From contig CAYTBG010000002.1 of assembly GCA_964435925.1 (NCBI GenBank), positions 1,833-65,832 of the forward strand: a DNA stretch of 64,000 nucleotides, in the 5' to 3' direction. A model generated the notes under the pieces. That model was not told the DNA's origin and ran no database searches. It saw nothing but the letters and a program-made list of their open reading frames with translations. The translations under genes and the position numbers were made by a program. Below, piece by piece: positions 48,825 to 59,410 of the stretch. Positions within the stretch are counted from its first letter, which is position 1. Each line of letters begins with the position of its first letter. Origin of the DNA: an uncultured Eubacteriales bacterium (lineage in GTDB: Bacteria > Acidobacteriota > Aminicenantia > Aminicenantales > Aminicenantaceae).

Positions 48825-50120
48825 TTATAGGGTAAAAGAATTACTGAAACATGAAAATATGATGTGAGGGGCCTCGAAACAAAGACAATGAATCTCGGCT
48901 TTTTCCTTAAAATCATCCAGGAACTCTGCTCTCAGGGGTTTTACGGGTTCGGGATTGAAGAGAAGGGGGTTGATGTATCTTTCGTCTTTCTTGATTCTGT
49001 AGTCCAGATGGGGGCCGGTAGACTCGCCTGATGAACCCACGTACCCGATTTCCTGTCCTCCCTTGACTTTTTTCCCCTTTCTTATTCCTGCTGCATAACC
49101 TCTAAGATGGAGGTACATGGTTTCATACCTGTTTTTATGACGGATTCTGATCATGCGGCCTGAAGCTCCGCTCCTCCCGGCAAAAGTGACGGTCCCGTCC
49201 GCAGTCACCTGGACCGGGGTTCCGATGCTAGCCGCATAATCCACTCCGTAGTGGGGGCGGAAAACCTTGCGAATCGGATGCAGCCTCCTGCGGCTGAAGC
49301 GGGAAGTAATCCGGCTGTACCTTATCGGAGATTTCAGGAATTGTTTCCTTAAAGATTCACCTTCAAGATCAAAATAATCCGAGTCTTTAGTGTCAGGGTA
49401 GGTGTAGCGGAAAGCCAGGAATTTCTTGCCTTGATTGACAAATTCTGCAGCTAGAATATTTTCGTAGCCGACAAATTCGCCGTTGAGATATTTCTTCTCG
49501 AATATGATTTTGAACGAGTCGCCGCGGCGAAGATCAGCATAAAAATCGATATCCCAGGCAAAAAGTTCAGCAAGATTAAGAGCCAGGATAACTCCCTCTT
49601 TTTTATCTCTTACGGCAAAGATGAGATTCTCCTTGATGATCCCCCAGATCGCCTTGACCCTTATATCATAGGGAGTTTTTTTTATTTGAGCTCCATAGGT
49701 GCCCTCTTTTTTCTTGATGTGAAGATAATTTTCCTCATCGATATCGTACTCTAAGGAAAAGAGCTCTCCCTGTGGAGAGGAAAAAATTCTAAGCTCTTGG
49801 CCAGCTCGGATTTTGGCCAGATCATAGACAGGCTTTACATCTTTTATCAGTGCATGTATTTCAGCGGCGGAGAGATTGTAGGGCTTCAAAATTTCTGTCA
49901 GGGTCATTCCTCTTCGGATGACTTCTTTTTTTTCTTCCAAAGGCGGGAGGACAAAAGAAACTTCTTGTTGAGCAGCATCTTTTTCCTTTTCGAACAAAGG
50001 TTTTTCCTTATGAAGGAAGGTCAGGAAAATGAATAGCGAGAAAGAGAGGAATATAAACAATAAAAGATGTATGCGCCGAATTTCCCTTTTTTTTCTATAT
50101 GTCTTTATCTTGACTTGCAT
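48825..50120 (-). CDS. M23-family metallopeptidase (membrane-anchored)
   Basis: HYGVDYAA.IGTPV.A...G.V.FAG and MYLHL (HxH region) motifs. N-terminal TM. Confidence 0.7.
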   Translation of the reverse strand: MQVKIKTYRKKREIRRIHLLLFIFLSFSLFIFLTFLHKEKPLFEKEKDAAQQEVSFVLPPLEEKKEVIRRGMTLTEILKPYNLSAAEIHALIKDVKPVYDLAKIRAGQELRIFSSPQGELFSLEYDIDEENYLHIKKKEGTYGAQIKKTPYDIRVKAIWGIIKENLIFAVRDKKEGVILALNLAELFAWDIDFYADLRRGDSFKIIFEKKYLNGEFVGYENILAAEFVNQGKKFLAFRYTYPDTKDSDYFDLEGESLRKQFLKSPIRYSRITSRFSRRRLHPIRKVFRPHYGVDYAASIGTPVQVTADGTVTFAGRSGASGRMIRIRHKNRYETMYLHLRGYAAGIRKGKKVKGGQEIGYVGSSGESTGPHLDYRIKKDERYINPLLFNPEPVKPLRAEFLDDFKEKAEIHCLCFEAPHIIFSCFSNSFTL

Positions 50121-50254
50121 GAAGCATAATTATTTGGAGGAAGCCCTAAATAAGAAAAATAGTTTATTTCGCCATTTTAGTCAACATTGGGATTGCCCAA
50201 ATTGCTATAAGCGGAGTATCAGCTGACAAACGAACACCCAGTGTGGCGGATAGC

Positions 50255-51625
50255 TCAATAATTTTTATTTTTAAGGGCATCCAATTTTTTTAGATAGCTT
50301 TTTACCAACATAACCGCCACTCCGGACAGTCCTACCAGGCCGATTAGGTTTGTAAAAGCCATCATACCGTTGAATACATCACCGATAGACCAGGCCTCCT
50401 CAACCTTCATCACAGCTCCGACGAAAATGACGAGGCAAAAGATCCAGCGGAATGGTTGCTTTATCCAGGAGCCCAACAGATATTTAAATGAAATTTCTCC
50501 ATAGTAAGGAACTGTAATCAAGCTGGAATATCCGAAAAGAAGAGAACTTGCAGCCACCATAAGGCCTCCGTATTTCGGTAAAGCGGTGTTAAAAGCAGCA
50601 GCGGTCATCGCTGTGCTGGTAATCCCTGTGTTCCAGACTCCGGTCACCAGAACTGTTAAAGCCGTAAGGGAACAGATAATGATGGTATCAATAAAAACAT
50701 CTAAAGAAGCGATTAATCCTTGCCGTACAGGTTCGCTGGTTTGGGCGGTGGCATGAAAGACAGCTGCTGTTCCGGTTCCAGCTTCGTTGGAATAAGCGCC
50801 TCTGGCCAGGCCGTAACGGATAGCCCGTGCTACTGTCATACCTGCCACTCCTCCTGTGATAGCTGAGGGTTTGAAGGCCCCGACGAAAATGAGGTAGAGA
50901 GCGTGGGGGAGCTGGGGGGCGAAAGCTATTAAGGTAAAAAAGGCACCAAAGATGTACAAAAAGACCATAAAAGGGCTTAAAAATGTTGTCACCTTGGCTA
51001 TGGTTTTAATTCCTCCGACTATGACCAGCCAGGTCAGAACAGCCAAGCCAAGGCCAGAAATCCATGGTTCTAATCCCAATTGTGTCTTTAAAGCCAGGGC
51101 TATTGAGTTGGATTGGATGGAAGTTGTTGCAAAAAGAGGCTTACAGCCCATGAAGAAAGCATATATGCCTGCCAGCCAAGGGAGTTTCAACCCATCTCTT
51201 ATGTAGTACATGGGACCACCCGCCACTGAGCCATCTGGAGTAATCCTCTTAAATTTCTGCCCCAGGACAGCTTCAACAAGCTTTGTGGCCATGCCGAAGA
51301 AGGCAAGGAGCCACATCCAGAAAACTGCTCCCGGACCGCCCATGGCGATTGCTGTGCAGACTCCGGCAATATTTCCATTTCCAATTGTGCAGGCCAAAGA
51401 GGTGGTTAAGGCCTGGAAAGGGGTAATATCGCCCTTGCGCTCCTTTGCGGTTTCCCCAAAATCTCTTTTCCCAAGACCAAAGCGAAAAGACAGTCGCAGA
51501 CGGCGAATCTGGACAAAGCGCAGGCGGATGGTTAGGAAAAATCCTACTCCTAAGAGGAGGATAACCGTCTGGGGGCCCCAGACTACTGAGGCCATGGTGC
51601 GGAGGGCGCGCTCAAAAAAGTCCAT
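50255..51625 (-). CDS. alanine/glycine:cation symporter (AGCS family)
   Basis: 456 aa multi-TM. N-terminal pattern typical of sodium:alanine symporters. Confidence 0.75.
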   Translation of the reverse strand: MDFFERALRTMASVVWGPQTVILLLGVGFFLTIRLRFVQIRRLRLSFRFGLGKRDFGETAKERKGDITPFQALTTSLACTIGNGNIAGVCTAIAMGGPGAVFWMWLLAFFGMATKLVEAVLGQKFKRITPDGSVAGGPMYYIRDGLKLPWLAGIYAFFMGCKPLFATTSIQSNSIALALKTQLGLEPWISGLGLAVLTWLVIVGGIKTIAKVTTFLSPFMVFLYIFGAFFTLIAFAPQLPHALYLIFVGAFKPSAITGGVAGMTVARAIRYGLARGAYSNEAGTGTAAVFHATAQTSEPVRQGLIASLDVFIDTIIICSLTALTVLVTGVWNTGITSTAMTAAAFNTALPKYGGLMVAASSLLFGYSSLITVPYYGEISFKYLLGSWIKQPFRWIFCLVIFVGAVMKVEEAWSIGDVFNGMMAFTNLIGLVGLSGVAVMLVKSYLKKLDALKNKNY

Positions 51626-51799
51626 ATCTCTTTTTCCTATTTCAACTTTGCGTCTAAGCTCACACGATAATTCTTTTCCTCTGCGGCAAAAATTTTCTCT
51701 AAGACTACTTTAAGATAAATTTATCGGACCTTTCTTTTTTATATTTTCCTGATTCATCCGAGAAAGCAAAAAAAACTGGCATAGAGGATTAGTTTCCTT

Positions 51800-51997
51800 T
51801 CAAGTCTTTTTTTTCTTCTTTTTTCTTTGGATTTCCTTTTTTACAGCAGGATGGAGCATGAAAAAGTACCAAAAGCCCAAAAGGACAATAAGAATGATGA
51901 ATCTGGAAACATCTCCTTGAATGAGAGAGTAGACAGCATAAACAAAAGTAGCAAGGAGAGCAAAAAGGTGAAAGAAGGTGAATATCCAGTCGAACAT
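51800..51997 (-). CDS. possible small membrane protein
   Basis: 2 TM, lysine-rich tail. Confidence 0.25.
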   Translation of the reverse strand: MFDWIFTFFHLFALLATFVYAVYSLIQGDVSRFIILIVLLGFWYFFMLHPAVKKEIQRKKKKKKT

Positions 51998-52051
51998 TGC
52001 AGTCAGGAGAAGTCCGAAACTCCGAAAATGACGGAATTATCAGCCAAAAAG

Positions 52052-52639
52052 CTAATCGTTTTCCACCCTGCGGATGGAGATAATCGTTATGGTTTCCCTC
52101 GGAACATTCGCCCGGCCGCTTTTTGTCATTATTGTAACGTTAGCTATGGCATCAACGACGTCCATGCCATTTATAACTTTTCCGAAGACAGCATACCCGT
52201 ATCCTTCAGGAGTGTTGTCTCTGTGATCCAGGCCAGGATTATCCGCATGATTTATGAAGAACTGGCAAGTGGCGCTGTCTTTGTCAGGCATGCGAGCCAT
52301 GGCAATCGTTCCTCTGTTGTTTTTTAGCTTATTCGCAGCTTCGTTCTTTATGGCAGGCTTAGCCGGTTTTGATGTAAAATCCGGGGTCAGTCCGCCACCC
52401 TGAATCATGAATCCTTTCATCACCCGGTGAAATATTGTTCCATCATAGAATTTCTCATCCACGTAGGAAAAAAAATTCTTGACAGTTATGGGCGCTTTAT
52501 CTGGATAGAGTTCGATAGTTATATCTCCCATGCTTGTTTTCATGATTACTTTTGGATTGGTTTTGTTGGCCTGGATTGTTGTGGCAAAAGCCATGAGCAC
52601 CCCCAGTATTGAAATGATTAAAAAAAGCTTTTTTAACAT
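52052..52639 (-). CDS. cyclophilin-type peptidyl-prolyl cis-trans isomerase (secreted)
   Basis: Signal peptide; FHRVMKGFMIQGGG cyclophilin core. Confidence 0.85.
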   Translation of the reverse strand: MLKKLFLIISILGVLMAFATTIQANKTNPKVIMKTSMGDITIELYPDKAPITVKNFFSYVDEKFYDGTIFHRVMKGFMIQGGGLTPDFTSKPAKPAIKNEAANKLKNNRGTIAMARMPDKDSATCQFFINHADNPGLDHRDNTPEGYGYAVFGKVINGMDVVDAIANVTIMTKSGRANVPRETITIISIRRVEND

Positions 52640-52833
52640 GAAATTCTCCTTAATGATGTTTTACAGAAATGGCGAAATCAAGATATCATAAAAAAAGGGG
52701 ACAGGCTACTTTTTTATTAAAAAATGCATTTAGTAGAAAACTCCATACATAATGTGTGTTCTTGAATTATCATTTCCATTTATATATAATGATTTCATAT
52801 AATTAAATAAATCTCAGTTGGCGAGGTGGAAAA

Positions 52834-53349
52834 ATGAATGAACAAGCAATCTGCATTTTATGTGAAAAAAACGCAGAGAAAGCGCATATTCCAGGCAAGG
52901 TGGGATATTTCATAAAATGTGATATATGTGGGGAATATTTTTTGGCTTCACCGGAGATATTTGAGAGCAGTTATACAGCTATGCCTAGAGAAAAAAGAAC
53001 AATGATATCATCTTATACAAGGGATTGTTTTGAGCATAGCAAGGAACCCCCTCAGCTGGAAGACTCGGGTTACTTAAAAGGGATAATTACAGATTATGAG
53101 AACAAGACTCTTGATGATAAGGCAAAGAATTTAATCTTGTACGTAAGAAAGAAGTCTCCTCAGTATGGCTATAATGTTTTGTTGGAAGCGGAAAAAGATT
53201 ACCCTATCACGTACTCGCTAGGTCCTGAAGGATTCGCAGAAATTCTTAACAATACGATTGAACAGAGATTGATTAAATCTATAGAATCAGGTTTTGAATT
53301 AACAGAGCAAGGCTATACGCTGGGCACAGAGCTTTTGGAAAAAGAATAA
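52834..53349 (+). CDS. hypothetical protein with N-terminal zinc-ribbon (CxxC...CxxC)
   Basis: ORF with a GGAGGTGG-type RBS region. Confidence 0.4.
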   Translation: MNEQAICILCEKNAEKAHIPGKVGYFIKCDICGEYFLASPEIFESSYTAMPREKRTMISSYTRDCFEHSKEPPQLEDSGYLKGIITDYENKTLDDKAKNLILYVRKKSPQYGYNVLLEAEKDYPITYSLGPEGFAEILNNTIEQRLIKSIESGFELTEQGYTLGTELLEKE

Positions 53350-53415
53350 AGGAGGGCATGCGTTATCAAGTCAGGTTGGCACTTAATTTTATAAGACTCC
53401 CCAACTCACACCAAC

Positions 53416-56061
53416 TCACTCATGCTTGAGGCTGTCGACAGGATTGGCTCTAGCGGCTCTCAAGGTCTGCAGGCTTACTGTAAGCAGAGCTACTGCCAGG
53501 CCGAGCGCGGCGGAGAGAAGGAATATCCACATCTCTATGTTGGTCCGGTAGGCGAACTTTTGGAGCCATGCCTGCATGGCGAAATAGGCGATGGGCCAGG
53601 CGATGAGGTTGGCGGCTGCTATACAGTTAAGGAACTCCTTGTTGAGGAGCGCCACAATCCTGGCCGTTGACGAGCCCAGGACCTTGCGAATCCCTATCTC
53701 CTTTGTCCTCTGTTCAGCGATGGAAGAGGCAAGGCCGAAAAGGCCCAGACAGGCGATAAACACTGCCAGGGCCGCGAAGGACTTAAAGATTTTTCCCAGT
53801 CTTGCTTCACTATTGTACAGATTGTGGAAGTCCTCATCCAGAAACCTGTACTCGAAGGGATAGCCCAGGTTCATCTCGTCCCAGGTCTTTTCCAGAGAGG
53901 CCAGAGTGGCAGACACGTTGACGGACCGGATCTTCACATACATGCGCCTCAGCCACCCGGGAAACATTTTAAATACCAGGGGCTCGATCTTGTAGTGAAG
54001 GTTCTGGAAATGGGCATCCTTCATGACGCCGATGATCTGGCCGTCGATATTCCAGAATCCGAACCTCTTTCCCACCACGGGTTTTTCAAGCCCCATTCGT
54101 CTTACGGCTTCCTCATTGACGATGAAGGCGGTTTCAGAATCGGTGGAATATTCCCGCGAAAAGCTCCGGCCTTCAACCAGGGGGATATCGAAAGTCTCGA
54201 TGTAATCATAATCTACGAAGTCAGCCTTAATCTCCATTTTTGCGTCAGGGGATCTTCCTTCCCACATCGGTGTGCCGGGAGAGCTCTGGATATTGGTGGG
54301 AAGAGCCATAGATGCGGTGACGTGGATGACATCGGGTTCTTGCAGAAACCGTTCGCAGATGGATCCGTACCTGTCATGGAGTTCGCCGTGGATACTCAAA
54401 TGGATGATGTGCTCCCGGTTAAAACCCAGATCAATATTTCTCATGTAGGAGAGCTGGCGGGAGATTATGAGCGTTCCGATGATGAGAAAAACAGACAGCG
54501 TAAACTGGAAAATAACCAGTACCTTTCTAAACAGAGGATTGGCCCCAGATGAGCGCCCGGTACTTTTGAAGATCCGGATAGGCTGGAACGAGGATAGGAA
54601 GAGCGCCGGGTAGCTGCCGGATAAAATGCCGGTCACTAGGGCTAGGCCGATAAATCCGAGTGAGAGAATGGGGTTGTTCCACCAGCCTGAGGTGAGTTGT
54701 TTGCCAGAGAGGGTGTTGAACAGCGGAAGCAGTAACTCCAGGAGAATAAGGGCGATCCACAGGGCGAAAAGCGCTATCAGAATGGACTTGCCGAAAAACT
54801 GCCGGATAAGCTGAGACCTCTCAGCTCCCAGCACTTTCCTCAGCCCGACTTCCTTAACCCGGCTGGCTGAACGGGCTGTGGTGAGGTTCATGAAATTGAC
54901 GCAGGCGATGAGCAAAACGAACACGGCCAGAGCACTGAAGATCCAGACATATTTTATATCGCCCCTGTTTCTGAGATCATGGCCCAGGTTGGAGAAAAGA
55001 TGGATGTCGGTTAGAGGCTGGAGAGCCAGTTCATCTGTGTCCTCCTCGGTATATTTTTTGACGTAGCCTGTGAGTTTCTGGTTGAGATTCTCGGCGGAGG
55101 CTGATTGCTCCAGCATGACATAGGTACGAAAGGAATTGAATCCCCAGTTATCTGCGTTGTCTTCCCCGATGGATTCCTTGATGATGATTTCAAAGGGGGA
55201 CAGGAGGTCGAATTCAAGACTGGAATTTAGTGAATCATTGTGGATGACTCCGGTGACTATGACATCGTAAGAGTTGTTGACTGTCAGGGTTTTTCCGATG
55301 GGATCTTCCTCGTTGAAATACTTGGCCGCGGTTTTTTCCGTAAGGATGACCGAGTAGGGATTTGAGAAGACGGTTTCCGGGTCGCCTTTTACTAGAGGGA
55401 AGGAAAACATGTCGAAAAAATCAGGGTCGGCATGCCTAGACCCTGGCTCGTTGAAGCTCTTGTCTTTATAGGTAACGAGCTGTCTCTGCCAGTAGCCGAA
55501 CCGGGTGGCCTTGATAATTTCAGGAAAATCTCTTTTAAGGGCCGCGGCCATGGGAGGAGGAGTCAGCGTGCTGGAGGAATTCTTCTGTGTGGTGGATTCG
55601 CTGCGGTAGACCCGGTAGATCTGGCCGGCGTTGGTGTTGAAACGATCGAAGCTCCATTCATCCGCCACCCAGAGAACGATCAGCATACAGACGGTTAGGC
55701 CTATGGCCAGGCCGGAGACATTGATGAGGGAGTAGCCTTTATGGCGGCGGATCGTGCGCAGGGCTGTCTTTACGTAGTTCCAGACCAAGGCAGGCATGAA
55801 GCGGCCGGGGCGAAGGGGGGAGCGGCAGTTGAGCATGACGAGCCGGTTTTTGTTGTATTCAGCGGCGATGCTTTCAGCTGCCCCCATTTGGACAACAGCC
55901 TGGCGGAAGGCATCCTCTTCCGTAAGCCCCGCTTGTCTCTGGGCATTGTAGGCGTCGCGGAGGTGGAGTTCGATGTCTGCGATGAGCCCATTCTCGAACA
56001 CTTCATGTTTTTGTAGGCTTTCTTTCCATTTTCTGATTTCTTTTCCCAGATCGAACATCAT
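53416..56061 (-). CDS. FtsX/MacB-like ABC permease, duplicated 'ADOP'-type with permease-prefix domain
   Basis: 881 aa, two FtsX-like 4-TM modules with large periplasmic domains. N-terminal segment (…WKESLQKHEVFENGLIADIELHL…) ahead of the first TM module. Cognate PadR gene immediately upstream. Confidence 0.7.
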   Translation of the reverse strand: MMFDLGKEIRKWKESLQKHEVFENGLIADIELHLRDAYNAQRQAGLTEEDAFRQAVVQMGAAESIAAEYNKNRLVMLNCRSPLRPGRFMPALVWNYVKTALRTIRRHKGYSLINVSGLAIGLTVCMLIVLWVADEWSFDRFNTNAGQIYRVYRSESTTQKNSSSTLTPPPMAAALKRDFPEIIKATRFGYWQRQLVTYKDKSFNEPGSRHADPDFFDMFSFPLVKGDPETVFSNPYSVILTEKTAAKYFNEEDPIGKTLTVNNSYDVIVTGVIHNDSLNSSLEFDLLSPFEIIIKESIGEDNADNWGFNSFRTYVMLEQSASAENLNQKLTGYVKKYTEEDTDELALQPLTDIHLFSNLGHDLRNRGDIKYVWIFSALAVFVLLIACVNFMNLTTARSASRVKEVGLRKVLGAERSQLIRQFFGKSILIALFALWIALILLELLLPLFNTLSGKQLTSGWWNNPILSLGFIGLALVTGILSGSYPALFLSSFQPIRIFKSTGRSSGANPLFRKVLVIFQFTLSVFLIIGTLIISRQLSYMRNIDLGFNREHIIHLSIHGELHDRYGSICERFLQEPDVIHVTASMALPTNIQSSPGTPMWEGRSPDAKMEIKADFVDYDYIETFDIPLVEGRSFSREYSTDSETAFIVNEEAVRRMGLEKPVVGKRFGFWNIDGQIIGVMKDAHFQNLHYKIEPLVFKMFPGWLRRMYVKIRSVNVSATLASLEKTWDEMNLGYPFEYRFLDEDFHNLYNSEARLGKIFKSFAALAVFIACLGLFGLASSIAEQRTKEIGIRKVLGSSTARIVALLNKEFLNCIAAANLIAWPIAYFAMQAWLQKFAYRTNIEMWIFLLSAALGLAVALLTVSLQTLRAARANPVDSLKHE

Positions 56062-56075
56062 TCCTCCCGCTGGTT

Positions 56076-56459
56076 TTAATCCTCGGCCGGAATCGGCTTT
56101 GTAAGCCGGACTAATGCTTTCCAGATATTCCGCCAGCTTGCAAGTTCTGATGCCAGTTCCTTACGGCCCTTCTCGGTGATAGTATAGTAGTGTCGGGGAC
56201 GGCTTTCTCCGGAGAGTTTCCATTTAGAAGTGATCAGGTCGTCCATTTCCATTCTCTGTAAGACCGGATAAAGCATCCCGTCCGTCCATTTAAGATGCCC
56301 TCCTGAAATGTCTTTAACTTTCTGGATTATGCTGTAGCCGTAATCCTCTCCTCTGGAGAGAATCGCCAGAATTATGGGCCTGGTTGATGCAGCCATCAAT
56401 GTTTTTGATATCATTTTGTGCCTCATACTCGAAGATACATTCGCAATATATGTATGCAT
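56076..56459 (-). CDS. PadR-family transcriptional regulator
   Basis: ILAILSRGEDYGYSIIQKV...LYPVLQRME.DDLI winged-helix signature. Confidence 0.8.
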   Translation of the reverse strand: MHTYIANVSSSMRHKMISKTLMAASTRPIILAILSRGEDYGYSIIQKVKDISGGHLKWTDGMLYPVLQRMEMDDLITSKWKLSGESRPRHYYTITEKGRKELASELASWRNIWKALVRLTKPIPAED

Positions 56460-56660
56460 ATTTCATGCCAAATGAAGGCTCCACGGGGAGCCGGGGGAAT
56501 TGTGGTTCATCATATGGAAGGCTTGTTCATTTCTGAAACAGCGACTGTTCGATTCTGGACGGATTAGTAATAATCGTATTTTTCCTCATTTAGAGTAACC
56601 TTTTCCTTTTAAATAAAGTTTTCTATAATGGAGACTATAATGCAGAAAGGAGAAGAATTG

Positions 56661-57426
56661 ATGAGAAGATGTCGTCTTTACGCGCTAGTTTTTTTGGTAC
56701 TTTCACACGCCTCTAGAGTATATGAAGCATTTCTGGGATATCGAACTCCTACACAAGCCTGGTGAACGGCCAACCTATACTAGCCCTGGATATTATGTGT
56801 TGGGCGTTATCCTGGAGACCGTATCGGAGAAATCCTATGCTGAATTGCTAGAGGAAAATATTTTTGGTCCTCTTGGCATGAAAAATACCCATGTGCACAA
56901 CAACAGGACAATCCATAAGAATATGGCAACTGGTTATCAGCAGGGCCTGGAAGGGTATGCTCTCGCTGGAATGGAGGAAGAATCGACACGCCTCGCCGCT
57001 GGCAACATTCTAAGCACCGTAAAAGATCTGTACAGTTTTCAGAAAATATTGGATTTCGAGGGAGATAATATTCTGTCGGAAAAAAATAAAAAAATGCTTC
57101 TTGAACCGCATTCCCCCAATTTTTCTCTGGCTGGAATCGTTATGTCTATCCCTTATAATAACGGAAAAGACAAAATGACGTTCATTCGCGCCGGAGGTTC
57201 TTCATACGGATTTCGGGCTCTCATGGACAGGATTATCGAGAAGGACGCATTGATTGCAAAGGCTGTATCCAAGTATAGAAGATTCCAATCTATTGGAGCG
57301 CAAAGTCCACAGCCGCTCTGGAATGAAGAGCTGTTGTATCATATAGAGGAATTTCATAATCTTCTTGACGGACGATTAAAGGAATTTCCGTGCATCCTAG
57401 AATCACACCTTGGGCCCCGCGTTTGA
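56661..57426 (+). pseudogene. beta-lactamase/serine-hydrolase-family gene remnant (signal peptide in one frame, C-terminal half in another; SxxK region missing)
   Basis: ATG 56661 gives MRRCRLYALVFLVLSHAS then a stop at about 56760. A different frame from 56722 encodes ...YVLGVILETVSEKSYAELLEENIFGPLGMKNTHV (mid/C-terminal class C-like). 3' end overlaps the racemase by about 135 nt. Confidence 0.45.
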
Positions 57427-57982
57427 CAAGATTTTGGATGATACTTTGAAATTTCCCTTTTGAAAGCTCCTTGATCTCTCCCAAACACAGCTCATTATAC
57501 AGAATATCGTGAATGACCTGTCTTTCCTTATCCTCAGGAATCAAAACGTCTATCCCATGTATTTCTTGCAAACGTCCCTTATAGAAATCTTGTTCCATTG
57601 TAAATTTTGTGCCGAGCAGTCCCACTCGGCTTTGTCCGTTTGCCTTGACAGCTCCTGCTGTGACATCAGCAATATGCAGCAGAGGAATCTGGATTGCCCT
57701 TTGGACCTCATCAGCCATCTTATGCATGGTGTTTGTACAGATAACTAAAAAATCAGCTCCAGCTTTCTTCACCCTTTGAGCCGCCTCGATCATCAACCGG
57801 GTCAATGATTCCCAGTCTCCTTGATGCTGCAGTTTTTCCACATCATCAAAATCCACAGAATAGAGAATACATGGCGCTGAATGAAATCCTCCGAGCTTTT
57901 CCTTAACGGCCTGATTCATGATCCGATAGTACTCCAGAGATGATTCCCAGCTCATTCCGCCGATCATGCCTATAGTTTTCAT
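57290..57982 (-). CDS. aspartate/glutamate racemase-family protein
   Basis: MKTIGMIGGMSWESSLEYY...ADFLVICTNTMH... 230 aa, typical Asp racemase. Confidence 0.75.
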   Translation of the reverse strand: MKTIGMIGGMSWESSLEYYRIMNQAVKEKLGGFHSAPCILYSVDFDDVEKLQHQGDWESLTRLMIEAAQRVKKAGADFLVICTNTMHKMADEVQRAIQIPLLHIADVTAGAVKANGQSRVGLLGTKFTMEQDFYKGRLQEIHGIDVLIPEDKERQVIHDILYNELCLGEIKELSKGKFQSIIQNLVKRGAQGVILGCTEIPLIVRQEDYEIPLYDTTALHSRAAVDFALQ

Positions 57983-58273
57983 ATACTCCTCCCTTCCCGG
58001 TCACACATAATCCTTAAACGGGAATGTATTTTAGCCAAAAATAGAGGAAATTGGTTTTTCTGGACTGCATTGAGCCCAGCTCATTCTCTTCAATTTCCAC
58101 CTTCTGACCGGTTCTGTTTATAATAGTAGATAATGATAGATGGAGGAAACATACCATGTCAATGAAGAATTCGCGATGAGTAGAAGGAATCACATGTCTT
58201 CAATTCATGTAAAAAAGCCCAGGAATGGAAGAAAAACTTTACCTTTAGGCACGCGTATAACAAAATAGTCGAG

Positions 58274-59410
58274 ATGGATTACAAAAGAGCAAAGATATAT
58301 TTTCTGAGCGGCACGGGAAATTCCTATAGAGTGGCACTCTGGTTACACGAGGCTTGCGCTGCAAACAATATTGATTCTGAAATCATTCCGATCAATCAGG
58401 CAAAGCCCAAAGAAGAGATCGAGGCCTCACCAGAAAACCTCATTGTGCTTTCCTATCCGACACACGGTTTTCTCCCTCCTTGGTCTGCAGTTAAATTCAT
58501 CTTTAAAATGCCTTTCAAAAGGAGAGCCCATTTTTTCTGTATGCCTACCCGTGGATGTATACGTTTCGGCCCGGTAATCATTCCCGGTATTGCAGCTCTC
58601 GCCTCGATGCTCCCGACTTTTATTCTTCTATTCAAAGGATACAATATCCGCGGCTCTTTGAGCTTTGACATGCCTGCGAATATGATTTCGCTCCACAGCC
58701 GGCTGAGCGAGAAAAACATCAACCTCATCAAAGCCAGCGCAAAACGAAAGGCTGAAAAATATTTCCCAGGGTTACTATCAGGGAAATCGATTTGGTTCAC
58801 TCTGAATAATCTCTGGGAATACTTCTGGGGAGTGCTTCTGCTTTTATATTTCCCTTTTTTTCTTCCGACTTATCTCTTGATCGGGCGATTTTTCATGGGA
58901 CAAATGATGTTTGCCAATAACAACTGCATCGGATGCGGGCTGTGTGCGAAATCCTGTCCGAACGGTGCGATCGTCATGAAGGGGAGAAAAAATCCACGCC
59001 CATACTGGAAACACAACTGCGAAGATTGCCTGCGATGTATGAATTATTGTCAGCAAAAAGCCGTAGAGGTCGGGCATTCATGGGGCGTTATCCTCTATTT
59101 TATCGCAGCTCTGGGCTTTCCAGTTGGCGTGTTTATTTTTAATTCCATCGCTAGCGTATTTCCGCTGATCGATGGGATCAGGAATTGGTACACGATTTGG
59201 ATAGTGGGGGCTATCTACCTCTATCCTGCGTACATTATCGCCTATTTCATTTTTTTTCATCTAATCCGGATAAAGCCTATTAACATGCTTTTCACATTCA
59301 CGACTCTTACTCACTATTACAGGCGCTACCACGAACCGGAAACTCCTTTGAAAAACCTTCTGCAAAAAAAAGATATTGACTGTGAAAAAAACATGGATAC
59401 AGGGAAATGA
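58274..59410 (+). CDS. EFR1-like ferredoxin: flavodoxin-like N-domain + 2x[4Fe-4S] + C-terminal TM region
   Basis: YFLSGTGNS (flavodoxin-like), CIGCGLCAKSCP and CEDCLRCMNYC cluster motifs, hydrophobic C-terminal third. Confidence 0.5.
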   Translation: MDYKRAKIYFLSGTGNSYRVALWLHEACAANNIDSEIIPINQAKPKEEIEASPENLIVLSYPTHGFLPPWSAVKFIFKMPFKRRAHFFCMPTRGCIRFGPVIIPGIAALASMLPTFILLFKGYNIRGSLSFDMPANMISLHSRLSEKNINLIKASAKRKAEKYFPGLLSGKSIWFTLNNLWEYFWGVLLLLYFPFFLPTYLLIGRFFMGQMMFANNNCIGCGLCAKSCPNGAIVMKGRKNPRPYWKHNCEDCLRCMNYCQQKAVEVGHSWGVILYFIAALGFPVGVFIFNSIASVFPLIDGIRNWYTIWIVGAIYLYPAYIIAYFIFFHLIRIKPINMLFTFTTLTHYYRRYHEPETPLKNLLQKKDIDCEKNMDTGK

